A DNA stretch of 64,000 bases from NCBI GenBank assembly GCA_019310525.1, contig JAFDEE010000019.1, positions 64,898-128,897 on the forward strand, read 5' to 3'. Under the pieces are notes generated by a model that was given only the letters and a program-made list of their open reading frames with translations, made no database searches and was not told the DNA's origin. How positions within the stretch are numbered: position 1 is the first letter of the stretch; the number at the start of each line of letters is the position of its first letter. The DNA is from Deltaproteobacteria bacterium (lineage in GTDB: Bacteria; Desulfobacterota; DSM-4660; Desulfatiglandales; HGW-15). The position numbers were made by a program, and so were the translations under genes. Positions 18,201 to 27,305 of this stretch are shown here, piece after piece.

Positions 18201-18236
18201 AGACCCGCGGATCCGCTAAGGACCGCGGGTCTTTTC
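18201..18236 (+). terminator. Strong intrinsic terminator
   Basis: A perfect 10-bp stem, AGACCCGCGG (18201-18210) pairing with CCGCGGGTCT (18223-18232), with a 12-nt loop and then TTTT. Confidence 0.7.
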
Positions 18237-18260
18237 GAATTGTGTATCCTATCCAAGCAG

Positions 18261-18320
18261 GAGATGATATGTCCCCTCCTCCGCTTACGTTCGCTCCGTT
18301 GTCCATGGCTTGGCGCACAG
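18261..18320 (+). repeat. Relic about 60 bp long, similar to an internal segment of the nested MITE at 42335-42388
   Basis: The sequence GATATGTCCCCTCCTCCGCTTACGTTCGCTCCGTTGTCCATGGCT aligns with GGATGTTCCCTCCGCTACGTTCGCTACGCCGTCCATGGCT. Confidence 0.5.
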
Positions 18321-18342
18321 TCCCTGTCGGGAATCCCCGGGT

Positions 18343-19548
18343 TCAAATTCCCAACTGAAACATCCCGTTCTCATAGATGACGACTTGCTCGCCATCGGCA
18401 AGATATGCAGTGACCCTTTTTTTCTCCGTGTTTACAAGATCCCAGTGGAGGGCCGAATCATTAAAACCTAGGGCTTCTTTTTTTTCTTTTGTCAGGGCGT
18501 CGGGATTTCCACTGAACGTATCAGAATAGGAGGCTCCAAGGGCAAGGTGGCAATTGCCTTGGCGACCGCCGAAGTTTTCATCAAAGAGTGTATTGGCCAT
18601 GAAACGGTTGATTCTCGAAAAACGCCTGTCCGTCAATGAAAATTCCCCAACCCGCCTGGCTCCTTTGTCGATTGCGAGTTGGGCGAGGATGAAATTTCGG
18701 CCCTTCCGTGCTTCCACCTTTACCACCTCACCCTTTTTAAATGTCAACCTGACTCCTTCCACATAGTTGCCGCTTCGGAAAGAAGGCTGATCTGCGTAAT
18801 AGATCCCTTCAGTTCCCCTCCAATCCGGAGAAAGGAAAATTTCAAAGCTTGGAATATTATGCCCGGAAATTCCCACCCACTTTCGATCCTTACCGGGGGC
18901 GATTTTCAGATCCATGCTTTCGGACTCGACATGGAGATAATCGATATTCATCTTGGATAATTTTTGTTTGATTTTATTAGCTTTTTTGAATATTTCTCTC
19001 CACTCCGCAACAGGGTCTGATCGGTCCAGATAACATGCGCGTATCACCTGTTGGTCGTACTGTTTCAAGGAGAGCCCCGATTGTTTGGCAAGCTCCTCCG
19101 TGGGGACGATACAAAGGGTCCAACCGAAATGCCCTTCCTCCTCCCGTTTGTCCAGAATATCCCTTAAAGGTTTCCTGGCTATGGTCGCCCTCCCGATCTT
19201 CTTGGGATCGATATCACGAAGATGGGTCAAAGATTCGGGTGCGTAGAGATATATGCTCCCGTGAAGATTTGAATACAGTTCCTTTTCTCCCGGTGTCTGG
19301 AATACCAGTTGACTTGTGTTGGCGATCTGGAAAAAAGAGTGCTCCATGGTCGGAGTAAGTCCTGCTCTCAGGACCGGATGCATCCCTCTTTGCATGATCT
19401 TTTCAAGAAGGATTTCTGCAAGCCTGGTAGCCGGACGATCATACCGGATCAGCACAATGTCTCCCTTTTTGTACCTCCCCTTCCTGGCGGATGTCAGACC
19501 CCACATGAGGACCTCCGAGTATTTCTCCAATCGGTAATCGGTAAGCAT
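18343..19548 (-). CDS. Aminopeptidase, M29 (AmpS/PepS) family
   Basis: NTLFDENFGG...CHLALGASY and the overall 400-aa layout fit the M29 family. Confidence 0.8.
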   Translation of the reverse strand: MLTDYRLEKYSEVLMWGLTSARKGRYKKGDIVLIRYDRPATRLAEILLEKIMQRGMHPVLRAGLTPTMEHSFFQIANTSQLVFQTPGEKELYSNLHGSIYLYAPESLTHLRDIDPKKIGRATIARKPLRDILDKREEEGHFGWTLCIVPTEELAKQSGLSLKQYDQQVIRACYLDRSDPVAEWREIFKKANKIKQKLSKMNIDYLHVESESMDLKIAPGKDRKWVGISGHNIPSFEIFLSPDWRGTEGIYYADQPSFRSGNYVEGVRLTFKKGEVVKVEARKGRNFILAQLAIDKGARRVGEFSLTDRRFSRINRFMANTLFDENFGGRQGNCHLALGASYSDTFSGNPDALTKEKKEALGFNDSALHWDLVNTEKKRVTAYLADGEQVVIYENGMFQLGI

Positions 19549-19883
19549 AGTGATCTCTCCTTTCTATCTTTCCTCTCCCCTTTCCTTGACTATCCACAGA
19601 GCCTCGTCGAATCGGTGATAGAATCTTCGCAAACAATACAGAGGCCTATCCCCGGTGCAAGAAATGATCGCAACATGCCCGGCGATTCTATTTCAATTCA
19701 ATGAGCATTTCAAATTATTCTGCAAGAAGGGAGAAAAGGGTGCACCATTTCGGGTTATTCTCAAGGTCACTCGGCCTGGATACAGGGACCAACCGCACTT
19801 CCCCCTTCCCGGGCTTGACAAGGCTTCGTTCCCCCTTAAGTTTGCCTAAAGTACGGAATGATAAAAGAGGAGAAGGAAAAAAT

Positions 19884-20462
19884 ATGCTGAGGAAACTGGT
19901 TGTGGGGCCTTATCAAACCAATTGTTATATACTTGGATGCGAAAAGACAAAACAAGGTGCCGTCATTGATCCTGGCGACGAGGTCTACCGCATTGTAAGA
20001 GAGATCACCAGAAATGCATTGCGGATCTCTTTCATCCTTTTCACCCATGGACATCCCGATCACACGGGAGGAGCGGCCGACTTGAAGAGAATCACCAAGG
20101 CCCCCCTCCTTATTCATCGCCTCGATGCACCGGGATTGGGGGTGCCCCCTGACGGATACCTCCAGGAAGGACAGCAGATTCAGGTGGGTCATTACAAACT
20201 ACGTGTAATCCATACCCCTGGACACTCCCCCGGGGGAGTGTGCTTTCATGCGCCGGGAGCGGTTTTTACCGGGGATGCCCTTTTTGCGGGTTCGGTGGGA
20301 AGGACGGATTTCCCCGGCGGTAACCATACACTCCTGATTCAGGGAATCAGGAAAAAGATCTTTCCCCTCGGCGATTCATTGAGGGTATATCCCGGCCATG
20401 GACCAGCCAGTACTATCGGAACAGAACGCCGACGCAATCCTTTCTTTGCTGCTTCCATCTGA
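19884..20462 (+). CDS. MBL-fold hydrolase (glyoxalase II-like)
   Basis: MLRKLVVGPYQTNCYILG..., THGHPDH and GRTDFPGG. The start has RBS AGGAGAAGG. The ORF-track extension from 19701 is not protein-like. Confidence 0.8.
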   Translation: MLRKLVVGPYQTNCYILGCEKTKQGAVIDPGDEVYRIVREITRNALRISFILFTHGHPDHTGGAADLKRITKAPLLIHRLDAPGLGVPPDGYLQEGQQIQVGHYKLRVIHTPGHSPGGVCFHAPGAVFTGDALFAGSVGRTDFPGGNHTLLIQGIRKKIFPLGDSLRVYPGHGPASTIGTERRRNPFFAASI

Positions 20463-20628
20463 ACCACCCCCACTCCCTGTTTTAATTTTTCTTGAAAGAT
20501 CCGGCTCCTTATGCTTTCTTACTGGTCTATCATCACAGTTTGACCCCGCGCGTGCACGGGTGGGGAGCCGTCAGACCAGCCGCTGAAGAAGGTTACATCA
20601 GCGGTATCGAAAGGAGGATTCGGAAAAA

Positions 20629-21750
20629 ATGCTCAAAATCGGGTTTGTTGGTTGGAGAGGTATGGTGGGGTCCGTTCTCATGGCAAGAATGAGAGAAGAG
20701 CAGGACTTCAAGGGCTTCGAACCCGTATTTTTCAGCACCTCAAACGTTGGGGGCCAAGGCCCTGACGTAGGCATGGAAATTCCACCCTTAAAAGACGCCT
20801 ATGATATCGAACTATTGACTCAGTTGGATATTGTGGTCTCATGTCAGGGGGGAGATTATACCCAAAGGATCCATCCGGAACTGCGAAAAAACGGCTGGAA
20901 AGGTTATTGGATCGATTCGGCTTCAACGCTCCGGATGGTTGATGAAAGCATCATTGTGCTGGACCCGGTCAACAGGGCCGTGATTGATGCCGGACTCTCT
21001 TCCGGCGTTAAGATCTATGTGGGAGGGAATTGCACGGTCAGCCTCATGCTCATGGCCCTTTCAGGCCTTTTCTCCGAAAAAGTTGTGGAATGGATATCTT
21101 CCATGACCTACCAGGCGGCCTCGGGTGCAGGGGCCAAGCATATGAAGGAACTCGTCTCTCAGATGGCCTTTCTCGGTGATGCTGCAAAGGATCTTCTTGA
21201 AGACCCCGCCTCCACTGCCGTGGAAATAGATGCCTTGCTCACCCGTGAACTTAGAAGTTCCGCTTTTCCGGCGGAACACTTCGGGGTACCATTGGCCGCC
21301 AGTCTCATACCATGGATTGACCGGCCCATGGAAACGGGGCAAACCAGGGAAGAATGGAAAGGCTTTGCTGAAACAAATAAGATCTTGGGTACTGCATCCG
21401 ATCCCATTCCGGTCGACGGGATATGCGTCAGGGTCGGGGCCATGCGCTGCCACAGCCAGGGATTCACGATCAAGCTCAAAAGAGATATTCCGCTTGCTGA
21501 ACTGTCCGATATGGTTGAATCGGCCAATGAGTGGGTCCGCCTGGTACCCAACGATAAGGAATCTACAATCAGGGACCTGACGCCTGCCGCTGTCAGCGGA
21601 ACCTTGAATATCGCGGTGGGAAGACTCCGGAAAATGAATATCGGGCCCGATTTTATCACGGCATTCACCTGTGGAGATCAGCTCTTGTGGGGGGCGGCGG
21701 AACCTATTCGCAGGATTCTCAACATTGTGATCGAACATCTTTCATCGTGA
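20629..21750 (+). CDS. asd: Aspartate-semialdehyde dehydrogenase
   Basis: GFVGWRGMVGS N-terminus and active-site GGNCTVS. RBS AAAGGAGG. Confidence 0.9.
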   Translation: MLKIGFVGWRGMVGSVLMARMREEQDFKGFEPVFFSTSNVGGQGPDVGMEIPPLKDAYDIELLTQLDIVVSCQGGDYTQRIHPELRKNGWKGYWIDSASTLRMVDESIIVLDPVNRAVIDAGLSSGVKIYVGGNCTVSLMLMALSGLFSEKVVEWISSMTYQAASGAGAKHMKELVSQMAFLGDAAKDLLEDPASTAVEIDALLTRELRSSAFPAEHFGVPLAASLIPWIDRPMETGQTREEWKGFAETNKILGTASDPIPVDGICVRVGAMRCHSQGFTIKLKRDIPLAELSDMVESANEWVRLVPNDKESTIRDLTPAAVSGTLNIAVGRLRKMNIGPDFITAFTCGDQLLWGAAEPIRRILNIVIEHLSS

Positions 21751-21849
21751 ACATAATTCGTATCCCATCGCCGGAGAGGAAAATCGGTGGAGGAGTCATT
21801 GCCTGAAAGTCCACATAAAGGCCTTCTCACTTTCTTTCACCTCACGGCA

Positions 21850-21878
21850 TTGACAGGATTTCGGAGGCAAATTAAAAT
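21850..21878 (+). promoter_or_regulatory. Sigma-70-type promoter for tRNA-Sec
   Basis: TTGACA (21850-21855), a 17-bp spacer and TAAAAT (21873-21878). The tRNA 5' end is 10 nt downstream. Confidence 0.6.
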
Positions 21879-21887
21879 TATCCTTGC

Positions 21888-21985
21888 GGAAGTGGAAAGC
21901 TCACTGGTGGGGCTCCCGGACTTCAAATCCGGTGTACCGGGCTAAAACCCCGGTAGGTGGGTTCGATTCCCATGCACTTCCGCCA
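21888..21985 (+). tRNA. selC: tRNA-Sec (anticodon TCA)
   Basis: GGAAGTGG acceptor, 6-bp anticodon stem CCGGA-CTTCAAA-TCCGG with TCA, long variable arm ACCGGGCTAAAACCCCGGT, T-loop GGTTCGATTCC and an encoded CCA. Total length is 98 nt. Confidence 0.9.
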
Positions 21986-22021
21986 CAGCCAACTTGAATG
22001 ACGACAGGAATGGGAGCGAGA

Positions 22022-22263
22022 CCATTGAAAAACGTTCGATTTTGTCCAAACTCAAGGAAGACGAAAATTTTAACCGCCCCGCTTGGGATGCCAAGCGGGA
22101 CAGGCATCCATACATTGAAGTATTTTGAGGACTAAAATTTGTCCGCGCGAAGCGACGACTCCCCACCCAACGGGTGGGTCCCCGGTTTGAGTCTGACGCA
22201 GTTTGTCACGCCGTAGCCATAGCGAAGGTGGAAGATTGGGCAAAAGGGGGCGTTTTTCAAAGG
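22022..22263 (-). mobile_element. Mosaic repeat, copy c (242 bp, alternative termini)
   Basis: The backbone and three optional modules are shared with copies a, b, e and h. The termini are CCATTGAAAAACG ... CGTTTTTCAAAGG (12/13 inverted) instead of the CCATCCATAAAT ends. The copy lies between tRNA-Sec and its terminator. Confidence 0.65.
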
Positions 22264-22298
22264 TTTCGGATCAGGGACCATTCACTGAGGAATAAAAA

Positions 22299-22328
22299 GG
22301 GCTTGGGCACTATTCCAGGCCCTTTTTT
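22299..22328 (+). terminator. Intrinsic terminator downstream of tRNA-Sec and repeat c
   Basis: GGGCTTGG (22299-22306) pairs with CCAGGCCC (22315-22322), followed by TTTTTT. Confidence 0.65.
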
Positions 22329-22378
22329 GAGATCGGGTTTCCCGGGTAACGGACCCCCTGAAAAGTGAGTGAAGAAAA

Positions 22379-23440
22379 ATGGAAAAAGGCTTTATCTCCA
22401 AATTGTTTTTCATTGTCCTGATCGGCATGCTCATTCTGCTGTTTCGTCTATTCTGGACCTATCTCTCCGCAATCGTCCTGGCCTTACTCATCGCAAGCGC
22501 TTTTTATCCGATTTATTGGCGACTGCGCCGTTTGCTGAAATACAGGGAACAGACAGCCTCCCTTTTGATGACCCTGTTTATTCTCATCATCTTGGTAGTC
22601 CCTGTCGGGGGATTCGTGGGGACTCTGTCCAATGAGGCATTCGATTTTTATGTGCGAACGAGGAATTCTGTTTCATTAAAAAAAATCCAGGATGGTCTAC
22701 TGGGGGATTCGCAGTGGGCCAGGAGGATCCGCAAAGTCGGCGAACTTTCCGGGATCCAATTTACACCGGAAACCATCCAGGGATTCGCCGCATCCCTTGG
22801 AAAAAATGTGGGCCTGTTCCTCTCCAGGCAGTTGAGTTATATCGCCTCAAATCTCATGAGCTTTCTCATTCATTTCTTTCTCATGATCCTTGTCATCTAT
22901 TACATCTTCAAGGACGGCAATCGACTTAAGACCTATATCTCTGAACTCGTCCCCTTCCCTGCTGAACAACAGGAACTGGTGGTTAAAAAATTCCGCGAGA
23001 TGGGCAGGGCGATAATCTTTGGAAACGGATTGTCCGGAATCATCCAGGGGGTTCTTGGGGGTTTCGGTTTTTTCCTGTTCTCCCTTGGATCCCCTTTCCT
23101 CTGGGGCACCCTGATCGGTATCATGGCCTTCCTGCCGGTCATCGGCGCCTCCATTATTTTTATCCCGGCCGCACTCATCCTGCTGGCCCAGGGAAAGGCG
23201 GGTACAGCCCTCGCCTACCTTATCTACAATGTGTTTTACAGTTCCATCATGGAATACCTCATTAAACCCAGGTTGATCGGAAAAGGAATGCAGATGAACC
23301 CCCTTCTGGTCTTCATCGGGATCCTGGGAGGACTGAAACTCTTCGGTATTCTTGGTATCATTTACGGCCCCTTGATCATGACGATTTTTCTTACACTGGC
23401 TGAGATCTACAAGCTCGAATACAAAAAGGACCTTTGCTGA
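22379..23440 (+). CDS. AI-2E family transporter (PerM/YhhT-like permease)
   Basis: Polytopic membrane protein with ...GRAIIFGNGLSGIIQGVLGG...PFLWGTLIGIMAFLPVIGASI..., typical of the UPF0118/AI-2E family. Confidence 0.8.
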   Translation: MEKGFISKLFFIVLIGMLILLFRLFWTYLSAIVLALLIASAFYPIYWRLRRLLKYREQTASLLMTLFILIILVVPVGGFVGTLSNEAFDFYVRTRNSVSLKKIQDGLLGDSQWARRIRKVGELSGIQFTPETIQGFAASLGKNVGLFLSRQLSYIASNLMSFLIHFFLMILVIYYIFKDGNRLKTYISELVPFPAEQQELVVKKFREMGRAIIFGNGLSGIIQGVLGGFGFFLFSLGSPFLWGTLIGIMAFLPVIGASIIFIPAALILLAQGKAGTALAYLIYNVFYSSIMEYLIKPRLIGKGMQMNPLLVFIGILGGLKLFGILGIIYGPLIMTIFLTLAEIYKLEYKKDLC

Positions 23441-23496
23441 CCGAAACCGCCGGCCCGTCTTCTTCCTTGACTATTCCCTCAGCTTGCTTATAGTTT

Positions 23497-23693
23497 AGCT
23501 GGTTTCCATCCATAAATGGCCTTTTTGTGCAATCTTCCGCCTTCGGCACGGCTATGGCGTGACAAGCGTGTCAACCCGCCAGAGGCGGGTAAATCTGTGG
23601 GATTTCTTCTGACGGCATACCAAGTGTACGTCTCCACGCAAACCCTTGACTTTCTTGAAGTTGCACAAAAATTCTCATTTCTGGATTGGAAAC
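23497..23693 (+). mobile_element. Mosaic MITE-like repeat, copy d (about 197 bp, right end missing)
   Basis: The left end AGCTGGTTTCCATCCATAAATGGCC is identical to copy b. It contains the GTCACGCC...GGCGGAAG module in inverted orientation (23534-23567) and the TTGCACAAAAATTCTCATTTCTGGATTGGAAAC module (23661-23693). There is no right terminal repeat. Confidence 0.7.
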
Positions 23694-23768
23694 CCGGGCC
23701 CGGTGATCCTAAAACGTATTTGTGATCAGGGACGAGCCAAATATAACATTTCGCAAGGAGAACAAAAC

Positions 23769-24257
23769 ATGAATCCTCGTAAGCTTATCAAAGGGAAAAT
23801 GATTCTGATCGTGGATGACGAAGAGGATATCCTCCAACTCTTGATTGATCTTCTGGATGTGTGCAAGATCGACACCGCATCCACTTTCGAACAGGCCAAG
23901 GAATTACTGGAAAAAAATTACTATGATGTGGCCATACTGGATATTATGGGGGTCAGAGGGTATGACCTGCTGAAAATCGCAAACGAGAGAGGGATACCCG
24001 CCCTCATGCTCACCGCCCATGCCCTTTCCAAGGAAGATCTCAAAAAATCCGCAGAAGAGGGCGCATCCTTTTATGCGCCAAAGGACGAAATCAATAAAAT
24101 CGATGTCTTTGTCGCGGATATCATCGAAGCCCGGGAAAAGAACAAAAATATCTGGGCCCGATGGTATGAAAGACTCGCAGGATTCTGCGACAGGAGATTC
24201 GGGGTCGATTGGAGAGAGCAGGATCGCGAGTTCTGGGATAACCTCATCAAGTATTAG
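23769..24257 (+). CDS. Stand-alone response-regulator receiver protein
   Basis: MILIVDDEEDIL...VAILDIMGVRGYDLL...LMLTAH receiver motifs. RBS AAGGAGAA. The ORF-track extension from 23646 translates repeat d. Confidence 0.8.
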   Translation: MNPRKLIKGKMILIVDDEEDILQLLIDLLDVCKIDTASTFEQAKELLEKNYYDVAILDIMGVRGYDLLKIANERGIPALMLTAHALSKEDLKKSAEEGASFYAPKDEINKIDVFVADIIEAREKNKNIWARWYERLAGFCDRRFGVDWREQDREFWDNLIKY

Positions 24258-24260
24258 AGA

Positions 24261-24442
24261 GTGTCCATCCATAAAGCAGGCAATTTTGTTCAAGGTCAAG
24301 GAAGGCGAAGATTTTAACCGCCCCGCTTTAGGATGCCAAGCGGCAGAGGCATCCATACATTGAAATATTTTGAGGATTAAAATCTGAGCCTGACCTGAGA
24401 GATTGGGGAAAAGGGCCATTTATGGATGGGCACTAGAGAGGA
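24261..24442 (-). mobile_element. Mosaic MITE-like repeat, copy e (182 bp, complete)
   Basis: Termini GTGTCCATCCATAAAG ... ATTTATGGATGGGCAC. Identical TAGAGA flanks at 24255-24260 and 24443-24448. The left flank contains the TAG stop codon of the response-regulator gene. Confidence 0.8.
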
Positions 24443-24532
24443 TTTTTCCCAGGTTAACGTTCCACCCCCATTGCCTCTCTTTTTCACAATGGTACGAACA
24501 GTTCGATGCAAGGTATCCGAGGAGGGCATGAG

Positions 24533-25552
24533 ATGAAGAAACGTGTCGGCATGACCATCACCGAACATATCCTGAAGGAGCAACGGGAAAACCCCGGGGC
24601 CACAGGGGACTTCACCCAACTCCTCAGTGAGCTGATCGTCGCCGCCAAAGTCATTTCCAGGGAAGTGAACAAGGCCGGGCTGACGGATATCCTAGGATCC
24701 ACGGGGGAAGTCAACGTTCAGGAAGAACAGGTCCAAAAACTGGACGTGTTCGCCAATCGCGTGATCATCGAGCGAATGCGCCACGTGGGGCAACTCTGTT
24801 GCATGGGTTCGGAGGAACTGGCTGATCCCGTTGAGATTCCTCCCCAGTACCCGAAGGGCAATTATGTCCTTCTCTTCGATCCCCTCGACGGTTCCTCCAA
24901 CATCGACGTCAATGTCAGTATCGGAACCATTTTCGGGATCTATAGAAGGGTCAGCCGGCCGGAAGAGGGCGACTACACCATGACCGATCTCCTTCAACCC
25001 GGGATCAGGCAGGTGGCGGCCGGGTACTTCATATACGGGTCGAGCACCATCATGGTCTATACAACGGGTAACGGCGTCCACGGGTTTACCCTCTATCCGA
25101 GTGTCGGGGAATTCCTCCTTTCCCATGAGAACATCCGAATTCCCGAGAAAGGCAAGATTTACAGTGTAAATGAGGGATATTACCAATACTGGGACGAAAA
25201 GACCAAGGCCGTGGTGGAATACTTCAAATCCAGGGACGAATCAACGGGTCGCCCCTATTCCGCCCGGTACGTGGGGAGTCTCGTGGCCGATTTCCACCGC
25301 AATCTCCTAAAGGGTGGGATATTCATGTACCCCGCAGACCGCAAAGATCCGAAAAAACCTTCCGGAAAGTTGCGTCTCATGGTGGAGGCCAATCCCCTAG
25401 CCATGGTCGTGAAACAGGCCGGTGGATATGCAAGCAACGGTTACGGTCCCATCCTGGAAATCGAACCCGAATCACTTCACCAGAGGGTTCCTCTATATAT
25501 CGGAAGTAAAGAGGATGTGAAAATGGTGGAGAAGATCATGGCCGGCGGATAG
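24533..25552 (+). CDS. fbp: Fructose-1,6-bisphosphatase class 1
   Basis: [24 protein letters not shown] and GGIFMYP...[11 protein letters not shown] motifs. The start has GGAGGG 8 nt upstream. Confidence 0.9.
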   Translation: MKKRVGMTITEHILKEQRENPGATGDFTQLLSELIVAAKVISREVNKAGLTDILGSTGEVNVQEEQVQKLDVFANRVIIERMRHVGQLCCMGSEELADPVEIPPQYPKGNYVLLFDPLDGSSNIDVNVSIGTIFGIYRRVSRPEEGDYTMTDLLQPGIRQVAAGYFIYGSSTIMVYTTGNGVHGFTLYPSVGEFLLSHENIRIPEKGKIYSVNEGYYQYWDEKTKAVVEYFKSRDESTGRPYSARYVGSLVADFHRNLLKGGIFMYPADRKDPKKPSGKLRLMVEANPLAMVVKQAGGYASNGYGPILEIEPESLHQRVPLYIGSKEDVKMVEKIMAGG

Positions 25553-25632
25553 GCGGTCACAGAGGAAAACAGGGATCTGTTGAGGGAAAAGGGGGGGCTC
25601 TATTTCAGGAGGGCCTCCCTTTCCTTTTGTCC

Positions 25633-26646
25633 TCAATCATATTTTCTGTCCTTGAGCATGTGTACGAATGTCTCAAGCCGAAGGGCCGTTCGGCTGTCTA
25701 CAGGACCCGGCCGGTCACCCTCGAGTGTCAGGATGGGGACGGGCAGGCTTTCTCTTAAAAGGATATCGTAGATCTGCCGGTAGCAGAACGTTTGGGTGTA
25801 GTGAATCAGCCCGTCCAGGTTTCTTTCCGAAACCGCCTGAAGGATATCGTCGATTCTCCCTTGAATGCCGTACGGGTAGGTATAAGTCAAGTACTGCCCG
25901 CAAAGATCATGATCCTGGAAGGCCGGCATACTGAATTGCCTTTGGGTCTCGTTGAAGACCACACGGGCACCTAAAGACTCGATCCGTTCATAAAAAGAGT
26001 TGAAAATGGGAGGAACCCCCAGATAGCCGAGCCTGATTTCTTCTTTCATCGGCCGCCTATTCCCCGCATCCGTTAAGAGTGCATCCAGTTCCTTCTCGTA
26101 ACGGTCCAAATCCGAATAAAAATCAGAACTGCTCACGAGGAAAAGGTGGTTTTCAAATCCCGTGATCACGTTTTTTTCATAGGTCAGCCTGTCGAGCTTC
26201 CGTAGCTTTTCCCTGATGGGCATCAATCGTAATCGGATCTTTTCAACCTCCTGCCACGTTGCAGAGAGATCCCGACGCAACCGGTTCATCTGATCCATGA
26301 GGGATGCCCTGTCGCGCCGCAGTGGATACTCGAAGTGGAGAACCTCTACACCCCTTCTCTCCAGTACTTCACCGAGAGCCACCGTATTGCTGCAATCCCC
26401 ACCTGTAACCGCAATGACCCTTTTGATGTCATATTCCAGGACGGCGCCGTATATTCCCTTGATCCAGGAGCAGACACTGTGGCCGAAACCGTCGGATTCG
26501 GCCCGTGAAATGAGTTTTTCCGGGTGGGAGGAGGTGATGAAGATATTATTCAAATCAAGAGGTTTTAGACCCGCGGCCAAAACGATCTCCACGGGAATGG
26601 TCGAAGTAAGGCCGACAGTCGCTTCGGAATATTGGATATCATACAT
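25633..26646 (-). CDS. 2-hydroxyacyl-CoA dehydratase (HgdB/BcrC/BadD) family protein
   Basis: VGLTSTIPVEIVLAAGLKP...CSWIKG...VTGGDCSN pattern of this family. No partner subunit or activator lies adjacent. Confidence 0.65.
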   Translation of the reverse strand: MYDIQYSEATVGLTSTIPVEIVLAAGLKPLDLNNIFITSSHPEKLISRAESDGFGHSVCSWIKGIYGAVLEYDIKRVIAVTGGDCSNTVALGEVLERRGVEVLHFEYPLRRDRASLMDQMNRLRRDLSATWQEVEKIRLRLMPIREKLRKLDRLTYEKNVITGFENHLFLVSSSDFYSDLDRYEKELDALLTDAGNRRPMKEEIRLGYLGVPPIFNSFYERIESLGARVVFNETQRQFSMPAFQDHDLCGQYLTYTYPYGIQGRIDDILQAVSERNLDGLIHYTQTFCYRQIYDILLRESLPVPILTLEGDRPGPVDSRTALRLETFVHMLKDRKYD

Positions 26647-26651
26647 GGGAT

Positions 26652-27305
26652 TCAGGCCTCAACAAAGTGGAACTTCAGACCGGGAAGCTCCAGGCATGTC
26701 AGCTTGTTTCCATAGACGGCCCCCGTATCCAGCCCGATCTTGCTGTCGGTGACAAGAGGTTCAGAAAACGGAGTATGGCCGAAAATCACCCTCTTGCCGA
26801 AATCGTAATCGGAATAAATAAATGGCTCCCGAATCCAGATGAGATCTTCCAGATCCTGTTTTTCTAAAGGGATTCCGGGTCGAAAACCGGCATGTACGAC
26901 ATAATGGTCTTCCAATTCGATCCAAGGCAGTAAGGCTTTTAGGAAAGAGACGTGGTCAGGGGGAATTTCGAGTTCTTGTTTCCCTTGAATAGAGGCCCGG
27001 CGATAACTCTCAAGGGTTGAATTTCCTCCATTTATGAGGAAGGCCGTGATATTCCCCCTCTCAAGATAATCCAGGAAGATATGTTCGTGGTTTCCCATGA
27101 GACATTGAACCTTTTCAGAGACAGCCTGAAGCCTTAATATAAAATCGATAACCCCTTTTGGATCTTCCCCCCTATCCACGTAATCCCCGAGAAAGATAAG
27201 CCGGTCCCTTTCAGGCTCCCAGGGAATTTTCTCGATCAATCTCTGAAGCATCCCGAGGCAACCATGGATATCTCCCACAATGAACGTTTTTCCTTTTCCC
27301 ATCAC
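26652..27305 (-). CDS. Metallophosphoesterase (PPP-type Ser/Thr phosphatase / ApaH-like)
   Basis: GDIHG, GDYVDRG and GNHE motifs. Confidence 0.8.
   Translation of the reverse strand: MMGKGKTFIVGDIHGCLGMLQRLIEKIPWEPERDRLIFLGDYVDRGEDPKGVIDFILRLQAVSEKVQCLMGNHEHIFLDYLERGNITAFLINGGNSTLESYRRASIQGKQELEIPPDHVSFLKALLPWIELEDHYVVHAGFRPGIPLEKQDLEDLIWIREPFIYSDYDFGKRVIFGHTPFSEPLVTDSKIGLDTGAVYGNKLTCLELPGLKFHFVEA

Noticed and set aside
18318-18350. tRNA-like T-loop sequence GGGAATCCCCGGGTTCAAATTCCC
   Set aside because: There is no acceptor, D or anticodon arm around it. The stem geometry (6 bp with a 12-nt loop) is wrong for a T-arm, and it overlaps the aminopeptidase stop region.
22174-22635. Same-frame ORF pair separated by TGA near tRNA-Sec, considered as a possible selenoprotein read-through
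   Set aside because: The upstream part translates repeat copy c. The downstream part is an out-of-frame shadow of the AI-2E transporter gene. No SECIS-like hairpin context or selenoprotein family motif is present, and I found no other convincing in-frame TGA candidate in the window.
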